A stretch of 64,000 nt of DNA, taken from an uncultured Gammaproteobacteria bacterium (lineage in GTDB: Bacteria > Patescibacteriota > Patescibacteriia > Magasanikbacterales > GWA2-37-8). Position 1 is the first letter of the stretch. Every line of letters begins with the position of its first letter. Positions 38,621-49,295 of this stretch are shown piece after piece. The stretch covers positions 40,577 through 104,576 of the forward strand of contig CAZLNR010000001.1 of NCBI GenBank assembly GCA_964561035.1, given 5' to 3'. The notes under the pieces are model-generated. The model ran no database searches. It was not told the DNA's origin and saw nothing but the letters and a program-made list of their open reading frames with translations. A program made the translations under genes and the position numbers.

Positions 38621-39649
38621 ATGGATACTCCTATTTTTGAGAAAAAAAATGTTTTAGTAACGGGCGGTGCTGGGTTTATTGGCTCGCATCTGTGTGAGCG
38701 GCTTCTTAAGGAGGCAAAAGTGATCTGTCTAGATGATTTTTCCAACTCTTCACCTGCTAACATTAATCACTTGCTGCAGTACCCTGATTTTGAATTTATT
38801 AAATATGATGTTAATCAGCCAATAGATCTTAATAGTTTTGAAGAATTGGATAAGTTTAAAATTAAATTTCAAGGTATTCAAGAAATTTATCATTTAGCGT
38901 GCCCAACCAGTCCAAATGATTTTGAAAAGCTAAAAATGAAATCTTTGTGGGCAAACTCATCTTCCATGATCAGTACTTTGGATCTGGCGGTAAAATACAA
39001 AGCTAAATATGTATTTACTTCCAGTTCTGTTGTGTATGGCAATGCCACTGATCAAAAGTATTCTTTTAAAGAAATGGACCAGGGAGTTGTTGATCACTTA
39101 TCTCCGCGCGCCTGCTATGACGAAGGAAAGCGCTTCGCCGAAACTTGTGTGGCTACATATCGCCAGGTATATGGCATAGATGCAAAAATTGCCCGGGTTT
39201 TCACCACGTACGGTCCTCATATGAAAATCTTTGAGGGTCAGATGATCCCAGATTTTATCATTAGCGCTTTAAATGGTAAAAATTTGATTATTAATGGCGA
39301 CGAGGCTTTTTCTACATCGCTGTGTTATGTTACCGATATGGTAGACGGGTTGGTGCGATTGATGGCAAGTTCGCCGGAGGTACAAATTGTGAATTTAGGC
39401 GATGATGCGATTGTGAAAGTGATAGATGTAGCGAAAAGTGTAATTGCAGCCACCAATTCATCATCCGAAATTTCTTTTGAAAAACCGTTGTTATTTCTTA
39501 CTAGAAAGGGCGTGCCTGACTTGGCTTATGCTAAAGATGTCTTAGGTTGGATGCCGCTTGTACGATTGCAGGATGGTTTGGAAAAAACAATTGATTATAC
39601 TATTGCTAATAAAGAAGCGCTGTTGTTTAACCATGGTTACGAAAAGTAG
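38621..39649 (+). CDS. NAD-dependent epimerase/dehydratase, UDP-glucuronate decarboxylase-like
   Basis: GGAGFIGSHL, IYHLACPTSP, PRACYDEGKR, TYGP. Confidence 0.85.
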   Translation: MDTPIFEKKNVLVTGGAGFIGSHLCERLLKEAKVICLDDFSNSSPANINHLLQYPDFEFIKYDVNQPIDLNSFEELDKFKIKFQGIQEIYHLACPTSPNDFEKLKMKSLWANSSSMISTLDLAVKYKAKYVFTSSSVVYGNATDQKYSFKEMDQGVVDHLSPRACYDEGKRFAETCVATYRQVYGIDAKIARVFTTYGPHMKIFEGQMIPDFIISALNGKNLIINGDEAFSTSLCYVTDMVDGLVRLMASSPEVQIVNLGDDAIVKVIDVAKSVIAATNSSSEISFEKPLLFLTRKGVPDLAYAKDVLGWMPLVRLQDGLEKTIDYTIANKEALLFNHGYEK

Positions 39650-39652
39650 TGT

Positions 39653-40315
39653 ATGATTTTTGTAATAGTTCCTGCTTATAACGAAGAAGAAAGAATTGGC
39701 CGCGTTGTTCGTGGCCTTTTTGAACATGGATTTGAGCAGGTTGTAGTTGTGGATGACGGATCTGCTGATAATACTGCCAGCGAAGCGGCGCGATTTGGCG
39801 CAACTGTAATTCGCCATGCTTTAAATCGCGGCCAAGGGGCGGCGCTTCAAACGGGTAATGAATTTGCACTTAAAAATGGGGCAAAGTTTTTAGTGCATTT
39901 TGATGGAGATGGTCAGTTTAATCCAGCTGATATTATGCCTGCTATTCGCGCCATGGAAGAAAAAAAAGCGGACGCTATGCTTGGGTCGCGTTTTTTAGAC
40001 AGTCGTTCTCGCATGCCATGGACTAAAAAATATATTGTGTTGCCAATTAGTCGTTTCATAAACCGTATTATGACCGGTATGCGTTTAACCGACGCGCATA
40101 ATGGTTTTCGAGTTTTGTCTAGAAAAGCGGCACAAAATTTATATATATCACAAGACGGCATGGCTCATAATTCGGAAATTGTTCAACAGTTGCGCAAAGG
40201 AAACTATATTATTGCAGAGCATCCAGTTGAAGTTTTGTATTATGAATATGGGCAGGGAATAGATGGCGGTATGCGCATTGTGGGCGATATTATTAAAGCT
40301 AAATTATTAAAATAG
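39653..40315 (+). CDS. GT2 polyprenol-phosphate glycosyltransferase (DPM1-like)
   Basis: VPAYNEE, VVDDGSAD, NRGQGAA, FDGDGQ, DAHNGFR. Confidence 0.9.
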   Translation: MIFVIVPAYNEEERIGRVVRGLFEHGFEQVVVVDDGSADNTASEAARFGATVIRHALNRGQGAALQTGNEFALKNGAKFLVHFDGDGQFNPADIMPAIRAMEEKKADAMLGSRFLDSRSRMPWTKKYIVLPISRFINRIMTGMRLTDAHNGFRVLSRKAAQNLYISQDGMAHNSEIVQQLRKGNYIIAEHPVEVLYYEYGQGIDGGMRIVGDIIKAKLLK

Positions 40316-40318
40316 CAT

Positions 40319-40669
40319 ATGTTGTTTGCGATTCAAATTATTCTAATTGTTTTCTTTGGCTTTGCTTTGGTTAAGGTGGTAGGGAGGTATCGCGCTGGAG
40401 AGCTCAGAAAAAAAGACGCTATAATCTGGGTTTGTTTTTGGCTGCTGGCCAGTGCGGTTGTACTCGCGCCAAACTCAACTGCTTTGGCGGCTAAATTGTT
40501 TGGTATCGGCCGAGGTGCTGATCTGGTGATATATGTGGCTTTAGCGGGAATATTCTTTGTGATTTTTAGGCTCATGGTTTCTATTGAGCGGCTGCATACA
40601 CAAATTACAGTTTTGACACGCAAAATTTCTTTGCAGGATGCGCTTAAAAAACCAGATGATCAGATATAA
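40319..40669 (+). CDS. DUF2304 family membrane protein
   Basis: AKLFGIGRGADLVIY..ITVLTRKISL, directly after GT2. Confidence 0.8.
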   Translation: MLFAIQIILIVFFGFALVKVVGRYRAGELRKKDAIIWVCFWLLASAVVLAPNSTALAAKLFGIGRGADLVIYVALAGIFFVIFRLMVSIERLHTQITVLTRKISLQDALKKPDDQI

Positions 40670-40677
40670 TTATTTAT

Positions 40678-41772
40678 ATGCGCATTGCTCATCTTGTTTC
40701 AACTTTTCCACCGCAGCTGGGTGGTATGGGCAGTGTATGTGCCCAAGAAGCGGGCGGTATGGCAGCGCGCGGGCATGATGTTACGGTATTTACCATGCAA
40801 TATGATGAGCGTGATTATACAGAGCATGACAAGCAATTTTCTTTTAAGATTGTTCGGTTAAAACCCTGGCTGCGCTATGGCGATGCGGGTTTGATACCGC
40901 AGGTTGTTTGGCGAATCCGAAATTTTGATATGATCCACCTGCATTATCCTTTTTTTGGAGGAGCGGAATGGTTATTTTTTTTAAGAATGCCAACCGTGAT
41001 TACTTGGCATATGGAAGCGCAGTTATTGGGATTAAAAAAACTCATCGGAGGCATATATAATACAGTTTGGCCTCGTTTGTTATTAGCAAAAGCAAAAAAA
41101 ATTATTACAGTTGATATCGCTGACTTTTCACGCGTCAAATGGTCAAAGATAGTTGCGGCAAATAAATTAATTGAATTGAATAATGGTATTGATACACATA
41201 TATTTACCCCAAAACCAAACAGTGCCCAAAAGGAAGTTAAAACCATTTTATTTGTTGGGAATGTGCTTCCGGTGAAACGGCTTGATTTGCTTATACAGGC
41301 CATGCCTTTGTTGGGTAGCGCAAATGTAAGGCTGATAGTGGTTGGTAACGGTCCGGAAATGTCTCGCTGCCGTCATTTGGTGCATCAGCTACGCCTGGAA
41401 TCAAAGGTGGTGTTTGCCGGTATGCAAGCCAGTAAAGAGAGCATGGCTGCGTATTATGCCAACGCTTCTTGTGTGGTTGTGCCGTCAGATTATGAATCTT
41501 TTTCTTTGGTTGCTATAGAAGCTATGGCTTGCGGCGTGCCGATGGTGCTAAGCAGCGCTTCGGGGTTGTCGCGCAGAAACGCTCAGGCGATTTTTTTTGA
41601 AAAAGGCTCTGCCGAAAGTTTGGCTCAAGCGATTGATAAAGCATTATCTTTATCCGATCAAGAAAGAAAAGATATTGCTTATCGACAAATAGATGAAGTG
41701 AGATCGAAATACAGTTTAGAGCGCCACCTTGATGCGTTGGAGAAAATATATGCAAGCGTGTTAGTAAAATAA
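40678..41772 (+). CDS. GT4 glycosyltransferase
   Basis: FPPQLGG, NGID, ILFVG..KR, ESFSLVAIEAMACG. Confidence 0.9.
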   Translation: MRIAHLVSTFPPQLGGMGSVCAQEAGGMAARGHDVTVFTMQYDERDYTEHDKQFSFKIVRLKPWLRYGDAGLIPQVVWRIRNFDMIHLHYPFFGGAEWLFFLRMPTVITWHMEAQLLGLKKLIGGIYNTVWPRLLLAKAKKIITVDIADFSRVKWSKIVAANKLIELNNGIDTHIFTPKPNSAQKEVKTILFVGNVLPVKRLDLLIQAMPLLGSANVRLIVVGNGPEMSRCRHLVHQLRLESKVVFAGMQASKESMAAYYANASCVVVPSDYESFSLVAIEAMACGVPMVLSSASGLSRRNAQAIFFEKGSAESLAQAIDKALSLSDQERKDIAYRQIDEVRSKYSLERHLDALEKIYASVLVK

Positions 41773-41780
41773 TTTTTTAT

Positions 41781-42608
41781 ATGACAGAAACTCAATTTGA
41801 TTATGAACAATCGGTATGGGGAAATGGAGTGGCGAATCGTGCTATAACATCACCAACCAGTTTTCGTTTGAGACAGAGCGTTCATGCTTTGCGCGATTTG
41901 GCGCCTGGAGCACGAGTAATGGAACTTGGATGCGGCGCAGGTCAATTCATCCGTGCGGTTGCAGCTATTCGCCCCGACCTCAAATGTTATGGATCTGATA
42001 TTAGTGATAGTGCTTTAGCGATAGCCAAACAAGCTCACGATGGGGTTGTTTATGATTTAAGCGGGGAAAAAAGACTGCCATATGAAGATGGGTTTTTTGA
42101 CGCAATTGTTTTGTATGATGTGTTAGAGCATGTGCCTGATCCGGATGCGATCTTGTCTGAAGTGGCCAGAACCTTAAAAGAGGGCGGTGTGTTCTTTGCA
42201 TTTGTTCCGTGCGAAGGAGATGTATTGTCTATCTGGAACGCATTGCGTCATATTGGCGTGGGTGTGGAACTTACTCGTATGTATGCTGGCCATATCAATC
42301 GATTTTCTCGAAATCAACTATTTCGCATGATTGAATCTCATGGTTTGGCGGTGCGAGCCAGAGTGTATAGCGAGCATATTATTGGCCAGCTGCTTGGTAT
42401 TGCTGCTTTTTTTTCCATGAATCGTTTTGCTAAAAAACATAAGCTTTCGCAAGTTAATAATGAGCAGTATTTTGATAATTTGCATGCGCGCGGCGGGGGA
42501 GTGCTGCGCTGGATTAAAAATTTAGTAAATGCAGTCGTATTTATAGAATCGGCGGTTTTTTCGCGGCTGCCTTCTCCCAACGTCCATGTGACGGCTGTTA
42601 AAAAATAA
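41781..42608 (+). CDS. Class I SAM-dependent methyltransferase
   Basis: VMELGCGAG, LPYEDGFFD, VLEHVPDP. Confidence 0.88.
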   Translation: MTETQFDYEQSVWGNGVANRAITSPTSFRLRQSVHALRDLAPGARVMELGCGAGQFIRAVAAIRPDLKCYGSDISDSALAIAKQAHDGVVYDLSGEKRLPYEDGFFDAIVLYDVLEHVPDPDAILSEVARTLKEGGVFFAFVPCEGDVLSIWNALRHIGVGVELTRMYAGHINRFSRNQLFRMIESHGLAVRARVYSEHIIGQLLGIAAFFSMNRFAKKHKLSQVNNEQYFDNLHARGGGVLRWIKNLVNAVVFIESAVFSRLPSPNVHVTAVKK

Positions 42609-42611
42609 TTT

Positions 42612-43214
42612 ATGCGTGTTACTCATATTGTGCCGGCGGCGTTTGATTATTTCGAAGATATTCGATCTGCGGCATTTCAGCTGGCCGGAGGGCTTCAAAA
42701 TATTGGCATTGAGGCTGAGTTATTTACGTTGCAGTATGAGAGTGTAAATAAAAAAATGAAAACAGAAGCGCAAGAAGCATCAAAAAATACGCATGCGTAT
42801 ATAGGGAGCATGAATGGCCGCGATCTTATAGAAGATTTGAATGGATCTAATTTGGTTCATATGCATTGCCCGTTTTTGGGCGCGGCTCGTTTAGTTTTAC
42901 AATGGCAGCAGCATAACCCGCAGGTGCCTTTTTTAGTCAGCTACTATCGCGATGTGCCTGTGCCTGATGTTTTTGCGGGCTATATATGGCTGTATAATCG
43001 TGTCTATATGCCAAAAATATTTAGAGCCGCCAATGCGATTATATGTCAAAGCAGAGAAACCATCGGCGTTTTTTCTGGTATGCGTTCCATACCGGAAGAT
43101 AAAAAAGTATTTTTTCTAGATCAGATACCAGTTGATAAAAAAATAAAGACTCAGCCGTTTGAAATGCAGCTTGCCGTTAAAACGGCTATGGTGTATAATA
43201 ATTTTATCGCTTAA
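42612..43214 (+). CDS. Stand-alone GT4 N-terminal (acceptor) domain protein
   Basis: MRVTHIVP..LVHMHCPFLG parallels the N-half of the 40678 GT4; no C-terminal EX7E domain. Confidence 0.6.
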   Translation: MRVTHIVPAAFDYFEDIRSAAFQLAGGLQNIGIEAELFTLQYESVNKKMKTEAQEASKNTHAYIGSMNGRDLIEDLNGSNLVHMHCPFLGAARLVLQWQQHNPQVPFLVSYYRDVPVPDVFAGYIWLYNRVYMPKIFRAANAIICQSRETIGVFSGMRSIPEDKKVFFLDQIPVDKKIKTQPFEMQLAVKTAMVYNNFIA

Positions 43215-43232
43215 TCATAACGTATATCTACT

Positions 43233-43544
43233 ATGGGCAGATTTAAAAAAGGGCTTTTTTTAGGCGGATTACTTGGGGCAGCGCTCATGTGGCTTAACGC
43301 AACACCCAAAGGAAAAGAAATGCGAGAAAAACTCACGATGCAGGCAAATGATTTATTTGGCCAATTGAAAGAAAGCCTTATGAAGCTAGAAGGGCCGACT
43401 AAAGAAATGTATGATGCGCTGGTAGAGCGTGCGGTAGAAGAATACGCGCTCAAAAAAGAAATGGCTGTAGAAATGAAAAATCAACTGATTCGAGAGTTGA
43501 AAAAAAGATGGTCAGATTTGGAAAAAGAAATAAAAACAAAATAG
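43233..43544 (+). CDS. YtxH-like protein
   Basis: FKKGLFLGGLLGAA..PKGKEMREKL. Confidence 0.7.
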   Translation: MGRFKKGLFLGGLLGAALMWLNATPKGKEMREKLTMQANDLFGQLKESLMKLEGPTKEMYDALVERAVEEYALKKEMAVEMKNQLIRELKKRWSDLEKEIKTK

Positions 43545-43547
43545 TTT

Positions 43548-43584
43548 AAAAAATATCCAATAGTATGTCTATTGGATATTTTTT
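43548..43584. terminator. Bidirectional terminator
   Basis: AAAAAATATCCAATAG-tatgt-CTATTGGATATTTTTT. Confidence 0.7.
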
Positions 43585-45350
43585 TTCAAATCTTCCACAG
43601 TCATTTGAAGTTCGCGATTGCCGTTCCATTCATTAACACTGATTGAAAATACCATATCAACCTTATCTCCAGGCTTTAAATTTTCTTTCCAGTTTTCTTC
43701 GTATTTTTTTACATCGCCCAATCCAAAACCAATAGTCTTTTTTACAATATGCGAATTATGTTTGACGGTCATGCGCAGGTGTTTGCCGTCTTGTCCAACC
43801 GGCTCAATGCCAACAATGGTTGCGCCTCTGGCTATGTATGTTGGTTCTTCGTTAGCTTGTCCAAATGGTTCAAATTTTTCTAACAAATCATACAATTTCC
43901 AATTTACTTCATCCATATCAATTTCGGCATCAATAATAATTTGCGGTGTTAGATCAACTTCGGTAGTAGCGCTTTTTGCTTTTTCAGTAATTTTAGATTT
44001 AAATTCATCTACAACTGTTTTGTCGCGCAGAGTAAAACCGCAGGCTTGAGGGTGCCCGCCAAATTTGGCAAATACTTCTGGCATTTCTTGTAGAGTTCTA
44101 ATCAGATTAAATTCTTTAATGCTCCGTCCCGATCCGGTAATCTCTTTTTCAGTCTCGGACATCACGATTGACGGTTTGTGGTATTCGTCTTTTATTTTTC
44201 CAGAAATAAGACCTAGGATGCCCGTTGGCCAGCCTTTACCCAGCACAAATAAAACAGGACTATGTTGTTGATCGCTTTCTTTTATTTGTCGTCTTGCTTC
44301 GGCTACGTACTGTTCAGTTATCTTCTGTCTATCAGTGTTATTTTTATTAAGCTGAGCTGCCAGATCTGCCGCCTCTGTTTCATCTGCAGCCATAAGTAAA
44401 GCAAAAGCTGCATTTGCATGATCCATTCGTCCTGCTGCGTTGATGCGAGGAATAACTTGAAAGCTGAGGTTGTAGGCAGTGTATGCGCCTCGTTTTGAGT
44501 TGCCGTTTTCATCAGCTAAGCCAGATACGGTTAAAAGTTTTTTGAGGCCGATATTTTTTGTTTTATTTATTACGGTAAGTCCATAGCGAGTCAGAGTTCT
44601 TGATTCTCCCAGCAATGGCACCATATCGCCAATAGAGGCGATTGCAACTAAATCTAACATCCATTTTTCAAAGCCTTCAAACGTTTGTCCGTCAGGCAGG
44701 GTTTCATTGCTGCGAGCATATTTTTTTAATAAGGCCTGGATGAGTTTAAAAGCCACGCCTGCGCCGCACAGCCCCTTGTCAGGATACGGCTCTTGCGGAA
44801 CCAGCGGATGAATGATTGCGTCAGCGCGCGGAATTTTGTTTGGCACTGTGTGGTGGTCGGTGATAATAACTTTTATATTTTTTTCTTTTGCCAGTTCAAC
44901 CTCGGCATAATTGCTAATACCGCAATCGCACGTAATAATAAGATCTGTTTTTTGTTCGGCGAGCAGTTCTACGGTTCTGGTGTTTAAACCATATCCATCA
45001 GTTTCGCGATGAGGAATAAAGACATGAGTATTGGCAGACCCAAGTTTTCTTAGGCAGGTAATTATGATGGCAGCGGCACATACGCCGTCCGCATCATAAT
45101 CGCCATGCACCACAATACGTTCCTGGTTTTTGATGGATTCCAAGATAATGTCAGTGGCCGTTTCCATATTTTGAAACAAAAATGGGTCAAGCACATCTTG
45201 TGAATAGTCCGGGTTTAGAAATTCGTCAATCTGTTTTTGAGTGCGTATATTTCGGTTCCATAACAGGCGAGAAATAATAGTTGGTAATTCGGGGTGGGAG
45301 TTTATAAATTCTTCAGGAGGCGGGGGAAGGGTAATCCATTTTTTTTGCAT
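43569..45350 (-). CDS. recJ: ssDNA exonuclease RecJ
   Basis: HGDYDADG, TCDCG, TDHH, PRINAAGR, GSGRS, FGGH. Confidence 0.96.
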   Translation of the reverse strand: MQKKWITLPPPPEEFINSHPELPTIISRLLWNRNIRTQKQIDEFLNPDYSQDVLDPFLFQNMETATDIILESIKNQERIVVHGDYDADGVCAAAIIITCLRKLGSANTHVFIPHRETDGYGLNTRTVELLAEQKTDLIITCDCGISNYAEVELAKEKNIKVIITDHHTVPNKIPRADAIIHPLVPQEPYPDKGLCGAGVAFKLIQALLKKYARSNETLPDGQTFEGFEKWMLDLVAIASIGDMVPLLGESRTLTRYGLTVINKTKNIGLKKLLTVSGLADENGNSKRGAYTAYNLSFQVIPRINAAGRMDHANAAFALLMAADETEAADLAAQLNKNNTDRQKITEQYVAEARRQIKESDQQHSPVLFVLGKGWPTGILGLISGKIKDEYHKPSIVMSETEKEITGSGRSIKEFNLIRTLQEMPEVFAKFGGHPQACGFTLRDKTVVDEFKSKITEKAKSATTEVDLTPQIIIDAEIDMDEVNWKLYDLLEKFEPFGQANEEPTYIARGATIVGIEPVGQDGKHLRMTVKHNSHIVKKTIGFGLGDVKKYEENWKENLKPGDKVDMVFSISVNEWNGNRELQMTVEDLKKNIQ

Positions 45351-45351
45351 A

Positions 45352-45750
45352 TTAAACTTGTTTAGCGAATAAGCGTTTCAGACTGATTTTTTTAAAATCC
45401 CAATATGAATCTGCTAGAAGCACCGTAAAAATTGCAAAGAACAGATATATGCTGGCATATTCAGTAACCGGGATTGAATATGTGGAACCAAGAAATAAGG
45501 TTGCGCCAAGACTTAACCAATAACAAAGTGTTTTACTTGTGAGGGCGCGGCGTTGGGATAATTGTATGCTTGCGCGCTTTTTCCAGATGCGCCAGATATA
45601 AAAAACCAGTATTGGCGCGGCTGCATACCACTCAAATACGTGCGCATCAACACCGGTTTCTTCTAGAATAAACAAAGCAATTCCTAAAAAAGTTAGCAGC
45701 GCAAAATACAGAAAAATGATATCAAGTTGATATGCGCGCAAAATCTTCAT
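45352..45750 (-). CDS. Hypothetical 4-TM membrane protein
   Basis: Hydrophobic ORF abutting recJ. Confidence 0.65.
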   Translation of the reverse strand: MKILRAYQLDIIFLYFALLTFLGIALFILEETGVDAHVFEWYAAAPILVFYIWRIWKKRASIQLSQRRALTSKTLCYWLSLGATLFLGSTYSIPVTEYASIYLFFAIFTVLLADSYWDFKKISLKRLFAKQV

Positions 45751-45758
45751 AGAAAATA

Positions 45759-45854
45759 TTATTGGAGCGCTGGTAAAAAACTAAATACAATCATTGCCAG
45801 GATGGCTACCAGGGAAATAGCGACCCAGATTTTTCTTGCTACTTTATGTTTCAT
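45759..45854 (-). CDS. 31-aa single-TM small protein (below ORF-track cutoff)
   Basis: MKHKVARKIWVAISLVAILAMIVFSFLPALQ; starts 3 nt after lepA stop, ends 8 nt before next start. Confidence 0.7.
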   Translation of the reverse strand: MKHKVARKIWVAISLVAILAMIVFSFLPALQ

Positions 45855-45857
45855 AAA

Positions 45858-47669
45858 TTATCGTTTAAGAACGGATAAATATGTTTCTGATGGAATGTCT
45901 ATTTTGCCATGTGCAAGCAAACGCTGCTTGCCTTTCTTTTGTTTCTGCAATAATTTCATTTTACGGGTATAGTCGCCGCCGCTCATTTTTGCCAAAACAT
46001 CTTTGCGTAAAGCGGATAGGCGATCGGCGGCGATAACTTTGCCGCCCACAGATGCTTGTATTTTTAAGACAAATTGTTGTTTTGGCAGAGATTCTTTAAG
46101 CGACTCTACAATTTTTTTGCCGATTTTATATGCTTGATCGCGCCAAACGAGTGTTGCTAAAGCCTCTACTTGGTCTTCAGCGACCATAATATCTAGCCGT
46201 ACCACGTCTGTTTCTTCGTAATTTTTAAACTCATAATTCATAGATGCGTAGCCGGAAGTAACGGTCTTTAGTTTATCATAAAAATCGGTAATGAGCGATG
46301 CTAGAGGAATATCGTAATGAAGCATGGCGCGCTGATCGGTGCCGGTGCTTAAATATTCGGTGTTGAGGTATTTTCCTTTTCGTTCGGAAACTAATCCCAT
46401 GATGTTGCCGACAAAATCTTTGGGTGTAATAACGTCAAGTTTCATCCATGGTTCAAGAATGCGTTCGATATGCGTTGGGTCTGGCATTTCTTGGGGGCTG
46501 TGTATAATTTTTTCTTGTCCGGTTTTGTTCATGATGCGATAGGCAACACTCGGAACGGTAATAATAATTTCCAAATTATGTTCGCGGCTTAAGCGTTCTT
46601 GGAAAATATCCAAGTGAAGCAGCCCCAAAAATCCACAGCGAAAACCAAAGCCAAGCGCTAGCGAATGCTCTGGTTCATAAAATAGGGAAGCGTCATTGAG
46701 TTTTAATTTATCAATTGCGTCGCGCAGTTCTTGGTAGTCGTCTCCTTCTTTTGGAAAGATGCCGGCATACACCATTGGCTTTACTTCTTTATATCCTGGC
46801 AAAGCTTGTGGGTATAGGTCCGATTCATCTTCGCCGCGATATGTGGTAATGGTGTCACCGACACGACAATCTTTAAGATCTTTTAAGCCGGTAATGCAAT
46901 AGCCGATTTCTCCATTTTGAATCTGTTCGGCTGGCTGAAATTTTGGTTTATAATATCCGACCTCAAGCACTTCAGCCGGAGTGCTGGTGCCGAGCAAGAA
47001 AATTTTGTCACCTTTTTTTAGTTTTCCATCTACCATTCTAATCGAAGCAATAACACCTTTATAGTCATTATAGACAGAGTCGAAAATAAGGGCGCGCGGC
47101 GGTTGGGTAGTGTTATCAGCTGGTGGCGGTACGCGGTCAATAATTGCTTTAAGTATTTCTTCAACTCCTTGTCCTGTTTTGCCTGATGCTAAAATTATTT
47201 CTTCCGGTTTGCAGCCGAGAAGATGTATCAGTTCGGCTTTGGTTTTTTCTATATTGGCATTGGGCATGTCAATTTTATTGATAACCGGAATAATAGTTAA
47301 ATTTTGTTCAATTGCTAAATATAAATTACCGATAGTTTGCGCCTGCACACCTTGGCTGGCATCAACCAAAAGCACTGCGCCTTCAACAGCGGCCAGTGAT
47401 CGGGATACTTCGTAGTTAAAATCCACATGCCCAGGAGTATCTATAAGGTTAATAGTATATGTCTGGTCCGGGCGAGTGTAGGTCATGCGCACCGGTGTCA
47501 ATTTGATGGTGATGCCTCGTTCGCGCTCCAGCTCCATGGAGTCAAGCAGCTGTTCCTTCATATCGCGCCGGGAAACTGTGCCGGTAAACTCTAAAAGACG
47601 ATCGGCGAGCGTGCTTTTGCCGTGGTCAATGTGGGCGATGATGCAAAAATTACGAATATTATTAGTCAT
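45858..47669 (-). CDS. lepA: Elongation factor 4 (LepA)
   Basis: [40 protein letters not shown]. Confidence 0.97.
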   Translation of the reverse strand: MTNNIRNFCIIAHIDHGKSTLADRLLEFTGTVSRRDMKEQLLDSMELERERGITIKLTPVRMTYTRPDQTYTINLIDTPGHVDFNYEVSRSLAAVEGAVLLVDASQGVQAQTIGNLYLAIEQNLTIIPVINKIDMPNANIEKTKAELIHLLGCKPEEIILASGKTGQGVEEILKAIIDRVPPPADNTTQPPRALIFDSVYNDYKGVIASIRMVDGKLKKGDKIFLLGTSTPAEVLEVGYYKPKFQPAEQIQNGEIGYCITGLKDLKDCRVGDTITTYRGEDESDLYPQALPGYKEVKPMVYAGIFPKEGDDYQELRDAIDKLKLNDASLFYEPEHSLALGFGFRCGFLGLLHLDIFQERLSREHNLEIIITVPSVAYRIMNKTGQEKIIHSPQEMPDPTHIERILEPWMKLDVITPKDFVGNIMGLVSERKGKYLNTEYLSTGTDQRAMLHYDIPLASLITDFYDKLKTVTSGYASMNYEFKNYEETDVVRLDIMVAEDQVEALATLVWRDQAYKIGKKIVESLKESLPKQQFVLKIQASVGGKVIAADRLSALRKDVLAKMSGGDYTRKMKLLQKQKKGKQRLLAHGKIDIPSETYLSVLKR

Positions 47670-47672
47670 ATC

Positions 47673-49289
47673 TTAGGCGCTAGCTTCTATAGACTCTTCG
47701 GTCGGTAATGCCTTCTGTTTAAAGAGACGGTTGCCAACAGCTTGTTTAATTTGAATAAGTTCAGGGACTTTCAAAAGGTAACATATTACCAAATAAATTG
47801 CCAGACCCGCGATTGCAGCTGTTACTCCTTGTCCTAAAATGCCCAAAAAATAATTTTGGTTAAAAATTGCAGCTAAAGGTTCTTTGATAAGCTGTACAGT
47901 TACCCCCATACAAAGTGCTGCAATTGCCATGCGATACAGGGAGGAAAAAATTCGTTCGCCATCTATAGTTTTAGTTATATGTTTTAAAGAAATAAACAAT
48001 AAAATCATATTTAAAAACGAACCTACGGAAAAAGCCAGGGCTAAACCGGCGACACCGAATGGTTTCATAAGCAAGAGCGCCGCAATGATGGTGGTGAGTT
48101 CGGAAATAATACCGATTACAAATGGTGTTTTTGTGTCGGCTAGAGCGTAAAAGGCGCGCGCCAGAATTGGTATCAGGGCTTGGGCGCATAAACTTAAAGC
48201 AAAAAACGCCAGAGTGTCGGCGGTGGTGATGGTTGCGTTCCAGTCAAACTTTCCTGTGCCATAAATAATGCGTACAGTCTGCGCTCTTAGTAGTAAAATA
48301 ATTATGGATGATGGAATGATTAAAAATAATGTTTGTCGGATAGTGGAAGAGAGGTGTTTGATAAATTCCTCTTCGTTATTATTTGCAGCCGCAGCGGAAA
48401 GCAGGGGAAATACCGCCAAGGCAAACGGGATGCCGATAATTCCGATTGGCACAGCTTGAAGATTGTTGGCAAAATTAAAAACAGTGACACTGCCAACAGG
48501 CAAAAGTGATGCGAGTATGGTGATAATTACCAGGTTGAGCTGGCTGATAGCCAAGCCAAGCGTGCGAGGAATCATTAATCTGCCAACCGTGCGTGTGTAT
48601 CTGTCTTGTATGTTGATATACCAGTGCCATCTAAATCCATTTTTGTATGCGCTGTATGTTTGTAAAGAAACATGCAAAAAAGCGCCCAGTACTACGCCCC
48701 AAGCCAGCCCAGTAGTGCCAAAAAGAGGTACAAATATGACAGCTCCGGCAATAATGCCTAGGTTATAAAAAATAGGTGCTAGCGAGTATAAGAAAAAAGC
48801 CCGCAGTGATTGCAGGATGCCTCCAATTACCATGGAAATACCAAGCAATACGGTTGAACCAAACATAATCCGCGTCATTTGCGCCACTAGCTGTTGTGAA
48901 TCGGCGCTAAAGCCAGGAGCGATTATAGGGGCAAAAAAACCGGCAAAAGCGATGCAGATAATACTTAAAATAATAAGCGAAGCAGCAGTTATATTAAGAA
49001 CATTATTGGCAAGTTTCCATGCTTCAGTTTTGTCTTCGTTTTGATTGAATAATTTTGTAAAGGTAGGAATAAAACCGGCGCTTAAAGCCCCGATAATAAG
49101 CAGGTTATAAATTAGGTCTGGAATTTTAAAAGCCGCGTAATAGGCATCCATAGTAGGGCCGGCGCTAAAGTAGTGCGCAAAAATTCTGTCCCGAACCAAA
49201 CCGGTAATACGGCTTATGAGAGTGGCGACAGAGATAATGAGTGCGGCACCGGTTACAGATTTTGAACGGCTGTTAAAAAGTTTTATCAT
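47673..49289 (-). CDS. murJ: Lipid II flippase MurJ
   Basis: [35 protein letters not shown]. Confidence 0.93.
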   Translation of the reverse strand: MIKLFNSRSKSVTGAALIISVATLISRITGLVRDRIFAHYFSAGPTMDAYYAAFKIPDLIYNLLIIGALSAGFIPTFTKLFNQNEDKTEAWKLANNVLNITAASLIILSIICIAFAGFFAPIIAPGFSADSQQLVAQMTRIMFGSTVLLGISMVIGGILQSLRAFFLYSLAPIFYNLGIIAGAVIFVPLFGTTGLAWGVVLGAFLHVSLQTYSAYKNGFRWHWYINIQDRYTRTVGRLMIPRTLGLAISQLNLVIITILASLLPVGSVTVFNFANNLQAVPIGIIGIPFALAVFPLLSAAAANNNEEEFIKHLSSTIRQTLFLIIPSSIIILLLRAQTVRIIYGTGKFDWNATITTADTLAFFALSLCAQALIPILARAFYALADTKTPFVIGIISELTTIIAALLLMKPFGVAGLALAFSVGSFLNMILLFISLKHITKTIDGERIFSSLYRMAIAALCMGVTVQLIKEPLAAIFNQNYFLGILGQGVTAAIAGLAIYLVICYLLKVPELIQIKQAVGNRLFKQKALPTEESIEASA

Positions 49290-49295
49290 AATTAT

